Of a stretch of 19,318 nt of DNA, positions 1 through 7,506 are shown piece by piece. Position 1 is the first letter of the stretch, and each line of letters begins with the position of its first letter. The notes under the pieces were generated by a model that had not been told where the DNA came from, did no database searches, and saw nothing but the letters and a program-made list of their open reading frames with translations. The translations under genes were made by a program, and so were the position numbers. The DNA is from an uncultured Oligoflexus sp. (GTDB lineage: Bacteria; Bdellovibrionota_B; Oligoflexia; Oligoflexales; Oligoflexaceae): the NCBI GenBank assembly GCA_964236955.1, contig CAXSGP010000091.1, positions 1 through 19,318 of the forward strand, given 5' to 3'.

Positions 1-81
1 TCGGCGCATGCTATCGCTAGAAAACTTGAGGCACAGGCGCAGCGAGTTGCGAGGCATCAGCCGAGCAACAAGCGAGTTTAA
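1..81 (+). CDS. Possible 3' end of an unidentified gene entering the window
   Basis: Frame 1 is open from base 1 (SAHAIARKLEAQAQRVARHQPSNKRV) to TAA at 79-81. It is followed by a hairpin and the convergent hemC stop. No motif recognised. Confidence 0.35.
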   Translation, partial: SAHAIARKLEAQAQRVARHQPSNKRV

Positions 82-92
82 GTGCCTGACAT

Positions 93-106
93 CGCCCTTC
101 GGGGCG
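93..106. terminator. GC hairpin with C(UUCG)G loop between convergent gene ends
   Basis: CGCCC-TTCG-GGGCG lies immediately after the hemC stop and 11 nt after the TAA at 79-81. No clear U-tract. Confidence 0.45.
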
Positions 107-108
107 GA

Positions 109-1122
109 CTATTGAATCTCGCCCATAGAAGGCGGGGCACCTTCAAGGCGTTTGAGAATGGAAGCAACTCCGGCCGCCTCAAGGGCTTTGAGCACCTTGC
201 CAGCCGTAATTTCGATCGGTAGATTCTCTGGTTTTTCCGGAAAATTGAGTGCCACCCGAATCTCCTCGCCTTCGTAGTCCAAAACCACCGCCCGGCCTTC
301 GCTGCGGTTTTTGGCCGAATTGAATTCAAAGAAAGCGCCGAACGGCATCGTGCAATCCCCGCCAAGCATTTCAAGGACTTTTCGCTCAAGGGTCGCGCAG
401 GCAAAGGTACGAGGATCCTTCATGGTCGCGACAGCGCTTATAAAAGGACTTATATCGGTCGTCTCGATGGCCAGGGCACCTTGAGCGGCGCAGGGCGTAA
501 ACCATTCCAAATCGATAAGTTTATGGGGAAGACCCGTCAGACCTAAGCGTTCAATAGAAGCGCCGGCAAGAATCAACGCATCCCAGTCGGACTCTTCAAG
601 CTTGCGGATCCGGGTATCGACATTACCCCGGACGGCCACCATATTGATGCCGTTTTTTAGTCCTTTGAGCAGCGATTGCCGGCGCAGACTGGCCGTCGCT
701 ATCGTGAGTTTGCCCAAGGCTGCGAACTCTTCCCGTCCGATCGAGGGTCCCTTCGACAGTCTGCTGAGATGATCCTTCTTCGGATGGAAAATGACGACAT
801 CATTTGGTATGTGGCGCTTGAGAATCGCTGGCAGAATAAAACCATGGGGAATCTTCGCCGGCAAATCCTTGAGACTATGCACAGCAAGGTCTGCGGTGTC
901 AGCCTTGAGAACCTCTTCCAGTTCCCGAACAAAGAGCCCCTTACCGCCCATTTCATGCAAAAACCGGTCTTGTACCCGATCACCCATGGTCTTGACCACG
1001 TTGAGTTCGGAATCATAGCCCTGGACCTTTAAAAGATCAGCAACGTGGTGAGCCTGCCAAAGAGCAAGCTTGCTGCCTCGCGTTACGATGCGGGCCTTTT
1101 GATTCGATTGGGATCCTGTCAT
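109..1122 (-). CDS. hemC: Hydroxymethylbilane synthase (porphobilinogen deaminase)
   Basis: Motifs TRGSKLALWQA, GKGLFVRELE, AVHSLKDLP, SLRR, RGNVDTR and GGDC (dipyrromethane-binding Cys). ATGA overlap with the hemA stop. Confidence 0.97.
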   Translation of the reverse strand: MTGSQSNQKARIVTRGSKLALWQAHHVADLLKVQGYDSELNVVKTMGDRVQDRFLHEMGGKGLFVRELEEVLKADTADLAVHSLKDLPAKIPHGFILPAILKRHIPNDVVIFHPKKDHLSRLSKGPSIGREEFAALGKLTIATASLRRQSLLKGLKNGINMVAVRGNVDTRIRKLEESDWDALILAGASIERLGLTGLPHKLIDLEWFTPCAAQGALAIETTDISPFISAVATMKDPRTFACATLERKVLEMLGGDCTMPFGAFFEFNSAKNRSEGRAVVLDYEGEEIRVALNFPEKPENLPIEITAGKVLKALEAAGVASILKRLEGAPPSMGEIQ

Positions 1123-2435
1123 ATGATTTTGTCCAAGGTGAAAAGTATTTTAAGAGCTTCCGTCAGCTGCACCGACTCAAAATCTTCGGTGGGATTGTGA
1201 ACAGAACGACCGACATCACCGGATATTTTGCTAATGATACTTTTTTGCATCGCTTCAATGGCCTTCGCCTGATTTTCATCAAGCTGATTGAGGGGCGAGC
1301 GCGAAAGGCTTTTTTGCATCTCTTGCTTGACGAGGTTTTCCAGATAATCGCGGAACGTCGCAAGCGTTGGTTTTAATGTTCTTGAAAACATCCACTTTTC
1401 AAAAGCGTCGGCGTTTTCAATGATGATGGTCCGGCCGATGGCAGCTGCCTTTTTCCGTTCCTCAAAGTTTTCCCCGACGACCTGCTTTAAATCATCGATA
1501 TCGAAGAGATAAACGTCTTCAATTTCGGTGCACTTCGGATCGATGTCGCGCGGCAAGGCAATGTCGATTAGGAATATGGCTTTATTTGAGCGATTGTGCT
1601 GAGATTTTTGCATCCGGGCTTTGTCGAGAATGATTTCATTGGCCCCGGTGCAACTGATTACCACATCCGCGAGAGGCAGGACTTCATTCAGTTCTTCCCA
1701 GGGATAGGCGATTCCGATTCCGACCTTGGCAACGAGGTTCTCGGCGCGGGAGAGGGTGCGGTTGCATACGAACACCTGTTTTGGCTGATATTTAAGCAGG
1801 TACTTGGCAGCAATCTCCCCCATCTCTCCGGCACCGATGATGAGGACACGGCAGTTTTTGAGCTGACCGTAGACCCGATTCGCGAGATCGATCGCGGCAT
1901 GGCTGATCGAAACCGGCTTTTTGCCGATGTCGGTATTGGTTCTGACTTTTTTGGACGCCGCGAAGGCCTCCTGAGTCATACGCTTTAATACCGGGCCGAG
2001 AGTATCGCCTTCCAGCGCGAACTGGGCGGCATCCTTAAATTGACCGGCGATCTGGGTTTCGCCCAAGACCAGGGAGTCAAGTCCCGATGCAACCGAGAAA
2101 GCATGGCGGGCGGCTTCTTTTTGAGTGTGCTGATAGCTGCGGTTTTTGATCTCTTCATCCAGTTCCTTCTTTTGATTCGGACAGAATCGTTGAAGATCGA
2201 TGAAGATATCCTTGAGCTGATGGGGGGTGATATCGGGATCTGCGACGACACCATACACTTCCAGGCGATTGCAGGTCGAGAGCACGAGGACTTCTCTCAG
2301 TCCGTGCTTGGCGATGAGCTGGGGCAGAGCATGGTTGATCTCTTCACGACTTAGGAATAGGGATTCCCTGAAGTCCAGACCAGCGGACTCATGATTGGTG
2401 CCGACGCAGAATAAGGTGGGGGTGTTATCAGCCAA
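1119..2435 (-). CDS. hemA: Glutamyl-tRNA reductase
   Basis: Motifs STCNRLE, SGLDSLVLGETQI, GAGEMG and DIALPRDID. Start moved from the ORF-track 2492 to TTG at 2435, which follows GGAG with an 8-nt spacer. Confidence 0.96.
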   Translation of the reverse strand: MADNTPTLFCVGTNHESAGLDFRESLFLSREEINHALPQLIAKHGLREVLVLSTCNRLEVYGVVADPDITPHQLKDIFIDLQRFCPNQKKELDEEIKNRSYQHTQKEAARHAFSVASGLDSLVLGETQIAGQFKDAAQFALEGDTLGPVLKRMTQEAFAASKKVRTNTDIGKKPVSISHAAIDLANRVYGQLKNCRVLIIGAGEMGEIAAKYLLKYQPKQVFVCNRTLSRAENLVAKVGIGIAYPWEELNEVLPLADVVISCTGANEIILDKARMQKSQHNRSNKAIFLIDIALPRDIDPKCTEIEDVYLFDIDDLKQVVGENFEERKKAAAIGRTIIIENADAFEKWMFSRTLKPTLATFRDYLENLVKQEMQKSLSRSPLNQLDENQAKAIEAMQKSIISKISGDVGRSVHNPTEDFESVQLTEALKILFTLDKII

Positions 2436-3276
2436 TGATATAGCTCCAGTTATTGATTCCGAACATACCAATGACCAGGAGTCCGAAACCAACGATAGTC
2501 ATCCAGGCTAGCTTCTTTGCGGGAAGATTAGCAAGATTTTTGCAAACCAGCGTTGCCAGGTACCAAAGCCAAACCGCGAAGGCCCAGATTATTTTACCCA
2601 ATAATGCGGCGCGGTCGCCAACCAAAAAGAACTGAGAATAGACGGCGCCCATGATGAGGCCTGAGGTCAGCAGGATAAAGCCAGCCCAAAGCGTTCCCAT
2701 TAAAGCCGTATTGAGCTTGCTGATGGGTACCTGGGCGGCTTGCAGGCGATCGAGGTTTTTGGTTTTCATCGCTCGCTGCTGCATGAGGTAAAGAACGGCG
2801 ATAACGCAAGAGGTAATTGCGAAAGCCTCCCCCAGCACACTGGTGATGATGTGAGCATAGAGCAGCAGCGAAGGCCCCTGGGTTTCGACGGACGTATGGG
2901 GGGGAGGGAAAAACAGGAACTGGATGAGAAGGATTATCATCGACAGGGGGGCGACGAAGGCCCCTACCATGCGAAAGTCAAAAATCACCTTGGCGAGAAC
3001 CGTGATCCAGCACAGGGAAACGATGAGGATAAAGGTCGTGATGAGGTGCGAGGCGTTAAAGTTGAAAACACTGATTGTGTTGGCACTCATCAAAAGTGTG
3101 GCGATCACTAGGAAGACATAAGCAAAGCGTTGGAATTTGGATCGGGATACCGAGTCCGTGAAACTTTGAAGATACAGAAAAGACGAGACCGCAAAGGCTA
3201 TCAGGGCTATTATCACGCCTAGATGATAATGATTCAAGGCGAACTCCTCCGTAACGAACTCAAGGGAGCGACTCAA
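2428..3276 (-). CDS. CcsA/HemX-like cytochrome c assembly family membrane protein
   Basis: About 8 hydrophobic segments. Family-like motifs HIITSVLGEAFA, LYLMQQRAMKTK, GFILLTSGLIMG and KIIWAFAVWLWY. Sits directly upstream of hemA, overlapping it by 8 nt. Exact start uncertain. Confidence 0.85.
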   Translation of the reverse strand: MSRSLEFVTEEFALNHYHLGVIIALIAFAVSSFLYLQSFTDSVSRSKFQRFAYVFLVIATLLMSANTISVFNFNASHLITTFILIVSLCWITVLAKVIFDFRMVGAFVAPLSMIILLIQFLFFPPPHTSVETQGPSLLLYAHIITSVLGEAFAITSCVIAVLYLMQQRAMKTKNLDRLQAAQVPISKLNTALMGTLWAGFILLTSGLIMGAVYSQFFLVGDRAALLGKIIWAFAVWLWYLATLVCKNLANLPAKKLAWMTIVGFGLLVIGMFGINNWSYIIG

Positions 3277-3314
3277 AAGGATAAAGTCAGATTCTCTTCA
3301 AATGCTCCGCCTTG

Positions 3315-3325
3315 AGTTTAGCATA
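3315..3325 (-). promoter_or_regulatory. Putative extended -10 promoter of the ccsA-like/hemA/hemC operon
   Basis: Minus strand reads TATGCTAAACT (TGn + TAAACT), about 40 nt upstream of the first ORF. Confidence 0.45.
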
Positions 3326-3517
3326 CAACGTTGCTGTAAATCCTACCTAGTGCATCGGTTGAGGGAAATAGGGCTTTTACGTCCGGCATGGGCCGATGGC
3401 ATTTGACCCTTGGCCGTTGATTGGCCACTGCTCCATAAAAGGCAGCCGCACGCCCGCCTGAGGCAACGGCAGACCGGAAGCGGACCAATCCGCCCCTAGC
3501 CGTCAGGACAGGAAGCC

Positions 3518-4804
3518 TTAAAGAGGCAAATCTTGATAGTTTTCAATGACCTGCTTGAGAGTCGCGAGGTACCTGGCACCCCCCTCCCCATCGATCGCAC
3601 GATGATCAAAGGTTAGGCTCATCAGCATCATCGGTCTTATCGCAATCATATCGTCGATCACTACCGGGCGTTTAACCGCCGCGCCGATGCCGAGTATGGC
3701 CACCTGCGGCTGATTGATGATGGGATTGGATGTGATGCTGCCCCAACCACCAGGATTGGTGATGGTAAAGGTTCCGCCTTGGATGTCCTCGGCTTTGAGT
3801 TTTTTGCTCCTGGCTCTGACGACGAGGTCATTCATGCGCCTTGCGATACCAAGGAGATTGAGATCTCCGGCATTTTTGATAACAGGAACGATCAGTCCAT
3901 TATCGAGAGCGACGGCACAGCCTACATTGATAGCCTTTTTCCAAAGGATGTCATAGCCATCGACGGAGGTATTGACGATAGGATGCTGTTTAATTGCCTG
4001 AACGGCAGCATGGATGAAGAAATGAGTCAGTGTTAGCTTAAAACCTTCGGCGGCAAAGAATGAATCCTTGCACTCCTCCCGTAGCTTCCAAACGCGATGA
4101 AGATCGATCTCGAAGACTGTCGTGACATGCGGCGAAACCCTTATCGATTCCACCATGTGATCCGCGATCAACTGCCGCATCCTCGTCATGGGCTCGCGGC
4201 GAACCGCGACGCCATCGAGCGATTCATCCTCACCGAGCTTCGCAAGATTCAGGGGCGATGCGGGGCTTGGCTTTGACTGCGGAGAAGCTTGCGGAGTGGC
4301 CACAGGAATCGCTGCCGGTCCGTCGGCAAAATCCAAAATGTCTTTTTTCGTGATCCGGCCATGCATCCCACTGCCTTCGATCTGCCTAAGGTCGATGCCA
4401 CGATCCTTGGCAATCTTTCGTACCAGCGGGGACGAACGAAGAGGCGTCTCACTGTCGGTGTCGGGACCTATTGCAAAAGGTTTAGCAGGAATACTTGCTA
4501 GGGGTGCGGACGCTTGTTCGGAATGGGCGGGAGCAGGCGAAGGACCGGCCTTGGCATCGGGACTGCCACCGATATGCGCCAGGACCTGGCCGACGTTGAC
4601 TGTGGTCCCCTTGGTCACCAGAATCTTTATAAGATATCCGGAAGCGGGAGCCGCGATCTCCGTATCAACTTTATCGCTAGAGAGTTCGAGCAGAGGACTA
4701 TCCTTTTCGACCTTCGCGCCTTCCTTCACCAACCAATTGGTTAGGATGGCCTCATGAACCCCTTCCCCCATAAGAGGCATCAGTACTTCAGTAACATTCG
4801 ACAT
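3518..4804 (-). CDS. 2-oxoacid dehydrogenase complex E2 (dihydrolipoamide acyltransferase), single lipoyl domain
   Basis: Lipoyl motif ELSSDKVDTEI, E3-binding domain SPLVRKIA...GSGMHGRITKKD, catalytic GGTFTITNPG and DHRAIDG. Substrate specificity (SucB/PdhC/BkdB) cannot be determined here. Confidence 0.95.
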   Translation of the reverse strand: MSNVTEVLMPLMGEGVHEAILTNWLVKEGAKVEKDSPLLELSSDKVDTEIAAPASGYLIKILVTKGTTVNVGQVLAHIGGSPDAKAGPSPAPAHSEQASAPLASIPAKPFAIGPDTDSETPLRSSPLVRKIAKDRGIDLRQIEGSGMHGRITKKDILDFADGPAAIPVATPQASPQSKPSPASPLNLAKLGEDESLDGVAVRREPMTRMRQLIADHMVESIRVSPHVTTVFEIDLHRVWKLREECKDSFFAAEGFKLTLTHFFIHAAVQAIKQHPIVNTSVDGYDILWKKAINVGCAVALDNGLIVPVIKNAGDLNLLGIARRMNDLVVRARSKKLKAEDIQGGTFTITNPGGWGSITSNPIINQPQVAILGIGAAVKRPVVIDDMIAIRPMMLMSLTFDHRAIDGEGGARYLATLKQVIENYQDLPL

Positions 4805-4870
4805 GATATGGCTCCGATAGTCTTCCGCTCGTCAATTTTTCTCTCTGTCCTTAATCGACTTTCTCACGTC

Positions 4871-6265
4871 TCACATGTGGATAGCACCACCTAAAGCCAC
4901 ATGCGCGGCCTCGGCAATCGTCTCGGAGAGAGTGGGGTGAGGATGGATGGTATGGCCAATCTCATCGACAGTCGTCTCAAGGACTTTTCCCAAAGCAAAT
5001 TCCGAAATCATTTCCGTCGCGCTGGCACCGACGATGTGAACGCCCAGCAATTCCCGATATTTAGCTTCGTAGATAATTTTGACGAAACCAACGGTGGCAT
5101 CCTCAATCTTAGCTTTCGGCATGGGCGCGAAGGGAAATTTGGCAACGAGGTATTCGAGCTTCTGCTCCTTACATTTCTCCTCGGTCAAGCCTATGCTCGC
5201 GATTTCCGGATAGGTGTAGATCGCGTTAGGATTTGCGGCATAGTTGATCAATGGAGGCTGGTGACCGGCGACGACTTCCACCGCATGATAGGCCTCGGCG
5301 GAGGCAGTGTGGGCCAATGCCGGTGTTGGGATGATATCGCCGATGGCAAAGATATTGGGGACTGCTGTGCGATAGTGCTCGTCGACTTTGATGAAGCCGC
5401 CTTTTTCCACTTTCAGTCCGACCTTATCAAGGCCCACATCGTCAGTTACGGGTTCGCGGCCGATCGAGAGGAGGACCTTGTCGAAGACGCGATCGTCTTT
5501 CCCCTCGCAGGAGACCTTGACCTTTTTACCGTCGTCGCTTATGCCGAGGAGTCTCGTGCCAGTGTCGAGAGAGATCCCTTGCTTTTTAAGGTTTCTTTCC
5601 ATTTCCTTGACACATTCCCCATCTTCGCTCGGGAGGATTTGCGGCAGGAGTTCGATGATGGTGACCTCGGTGCCCATGCGTGCGAAGAGCGAGGCAAATT
5701 CGGTGCCGACGACACCGCCGCCTATCACGGCCAGGCTCTTTGGAACATGATCGATAAAGAGGATGTGGTCGGAGTTCAGGATGTTTTTGCCATTGGATCG
5801 GGCAAAGGGCAATTCCTTGACCCGCGACCCCGTCGCCAGCAGAACCGATTTGGTTTCGATGCTGCTGACTTTGCCGTCTTTAGCGGTGATGGCGACGCCA
5901 GTCTTGCTGATCAGTCGACCGTGCCCTTCAAAAACCTCGATCTTGTTTTTCTTCATCAGAAAACGAAGGCCTTTACGCTGCTGGTCGACGATCCTGTCTT
6001 TGCGTTCGAGGATCTTATTCCAATGGAATTTGGGCTGGCCGATCTCAAAACCTTGCTCTTCCATCGTTTTCAGCTTTTCCCAGAGCTTGGCGGAATGGAG
6101 CAGCGCCTTGGTCGGGATGCAGCCCCAATTTAAACAGGTACCGCCGAGATGTTCAGCCTTTTCTACAAGGGCGACCTTGAGGCCCAACTGTGCAGCCTTG
6201 ATAGCACCAACTTCACCACCCGGACCGGAACCTATAACCACCAAATCAAAAGAGGAAGTTGACAT
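4871..6265 (-). CDS. lpdA: Dihydrolipoamide dehydrogenase (E3)
   Basis: GSGPGG FAD-binding motif, GGTCLNWGCIPTK redox disulfide, GGGVVGTE NAD motif and C-terminal HPHPTLSE. GGAG RBS. Confidence 0.97.
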   Translation of the reverse strand: MSTSSFDLVVIGSGPGGEVGAIKAAQLGLKVALVEKAEHLGGTCLNWGCIPTKALLHSAKLWEKLKTMEEQGFEIGQPKFHWNKILERKDRIVDQQRKGLRFLMKKNKIEVFEGHGRLISKTGVAITAKDGKVSSIETKSVLLATGSRVKELPFARSNGKNILNSDHILFIDHVPKSLAVIGGGVVGTEFASLFARMGTEVTIIELLPQILPSEDGECVKEMERNLKKQGISLDTGTRLLGISDDGKKVKVSCEGKDDRVFDKVLLSIGREPVTDDVGLDKVGLKVEKGGFIKVDEHYRTAVPNIFAIGDIIPTPALAHTASAEAYHAVEVVAGHQPPLINYAANPNAIYTYPEIASIGLTEEKCKEQKLEYLVAKFPFAPMPKAKIEDATVGFVKIIYEAKYRELLGVHIVGASATEMISEFALGKVLETTVDEIGHTIHPHPTLSETIAEAAHVALGGAIHM

Positions 6266-6462
6266 GGGTGCACTCCTAGAGGGTTTTTGCGAGTCATTTC
6301 ATAAGCTAAGCGCTTGACTGCAGGGGTTAAAAAGACGTGTTAACTCACCGACAAGACTAGGCTTATGCCAGAAACGAAAGAAAAACTTACACTATAAGGC
6401 GGTCGGCCTTAAAGCGATTATTTGCTATTGTTAAACAATGGGGGGAATTCTGCCGATAAGTA

Positions 6463-6491
6463 TTACATGGCCCCTGAAGCCTGTGTAAAAT
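6463..6491 (+). promoter_or_regulatory. Putative sigma70 promoter for the 84-aa ORF
   Basis: TTACAT-N17-TAAAAT, 45 nt upstream of ATG 6537. Confidence 0.35.
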
Positions 6492-6536
6492 AAGACGATC
6501 AGGGGTGAATGTTCTCTCTAAATTAGAGGAGATCGA

Positions 6537-6791
6537 ATGGCTAAAATCATAGAATTTAAGACCAAGGAAGCTACTCGCGATGCGATCGTTACCAATAAAC
6601 TCGTACAGATGGCCGACGAAATCGATGAAGTCATGATGAACTATTTGACCGACCCAAATGTGGATCCCCGCGAGGTGATCGGCGTTCTTTCCCATCGACT
6701 CGGTGCCCTGATGAGTCATCTGGAAGAGAAAGAGGAACTCTGGCATGTTTGCCAAAAAGTTCTGAAAAAACAGGCTAGGATAGTCGACTGA
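6537..6791 (+). CDS. Small hypothetical protein (84 aa, likely helical)
   Basis: Strong AGAGGAG RBS. Occupies the gap between lpdA and engB and is followed by an intrinsic terminator. Confidence 0.8.
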   Translation: MAKIIEFKTKEATRDAIVTNKLVQMADEIDEVMMNYLTDPNVDPREVIGVLSHRLGALMSHLEEKEELWHVCQKVLKKQARIVD

Positions 6792-6813
6792 CCTGGAGTG
6801 GATAGGAAAATGG

Positions 6814-6844
6814 AGCTAGTGCGACCCAGGCACTAGCTTTTTTT
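6814..6844 (+). terminator. Rho-independent terminator
   Basis: AGCTAGTGC-GACCCAG-GCACTAGCT stem-loop followed by a T run. Confidence 0.8.
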
Positions 6845-6871
6845 GTCCGAAATTTCGCGACTGAAACAGGA

Positions 6872-7471
6872 TCAGGAAAGCGTTGGTTCCAAAGGTTTGG
6901 GAATATGAGCGAAAAGATCGTCGCGCAACTCCCTGATACCTTCCTGCTTCAGGCTTGAGACGGGCAGCATCTTCTTCACGTCAACGCCCTTAGCCTGCAT
7001 CGCCGCGGTCAATTCCTTGATGCGTTTCTGCTGCGCCTGACGCGAAAGCTTATCCGCTTTCGTCAAGAGTACATAAACCGATAGATTTCGTGAGAGCAGA
7101 TCGACGAGATACCAGTCGAGATCGCCCATTTCGCGTCTTATATCGATCAGAAATAGGAACTCACAGATATTGGGACGACGCAGGTAACCTTCAACAAGGG
7201 GCTCCCATTGTTCCGCTACGTTTTTATTGATGGCGGAAAATCCGTATCCCGGCAGGTCAGCGAAAATCAAATCTTCGCCAAGCCCGAAGAAGTTGATCAT
7301 CTGGGTTTGACCCGGTGTACTTCCTTTGCGGGCGAGTTTGTTGCGGCCGAGAATTTTATTCAGTAAAGTCGACTTGCCCGAGTTGGAGCGACCGATCAAC
7401 GCAATTTCAGGCAGTGCGTAATCAGGTAACTGTTCCGGTTTAAGGGCGCTGGTGATATATCTACTTTCCAT
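6872..7471 (-). CDS. engB: Ribosome biogenesis GTP-binding protein YihA/YsxC/EngB
   Basis: G1 GRSNSGKS, G2 TPGQTQMINFF, G3 DLPGYG, G4 TKAD. Confidence 0.95.
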   Translation of the reverse strand: MESRYITSALKPEQLPDYALPEIALIGRSNSGKSTLLNKILGRNKLARKGSTPGQTQMINFFGLGEDLIFADLPGYGFSAINKNVAEQWEPLVEGYLRRPNICEFLFLIDIRREMGDLDWYLVDLLSRNLSVYVLLTKADKLSRQAQQKRIKELTAAMQAKGVDVKKMLPVSSLKQEGIRELRDDLFAHIPKPLEPTLS

Positions 7472-7506
7472 AAGGGAACGGGTCCTAAAGTCAAAAAGGA
7501 AGAGCG

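Noticed and set aside
3340..3517. Possible ncRNA (SRP-like CAGG...GGAAGC) or riboswitch between the E2 and ccsA-like genes
   Set aside because: Only short hairpins are present (e.g. GCGGA-CCAA-TCCGC). The SRP helix-8 pattern is incomplete and no riboswitch consensus was recognised.
4901..6133. 410-aa plus-strand ORF
   Set aside because: It lies wholly antisense to lpdA and has no recognisable motifs; a typical shadow ORF.
6387..6755. 122-aa minus-strand ORF
   Set aside because: It overlaps the 84-aa plus-strand ORF, which has the RBS and terminator support.
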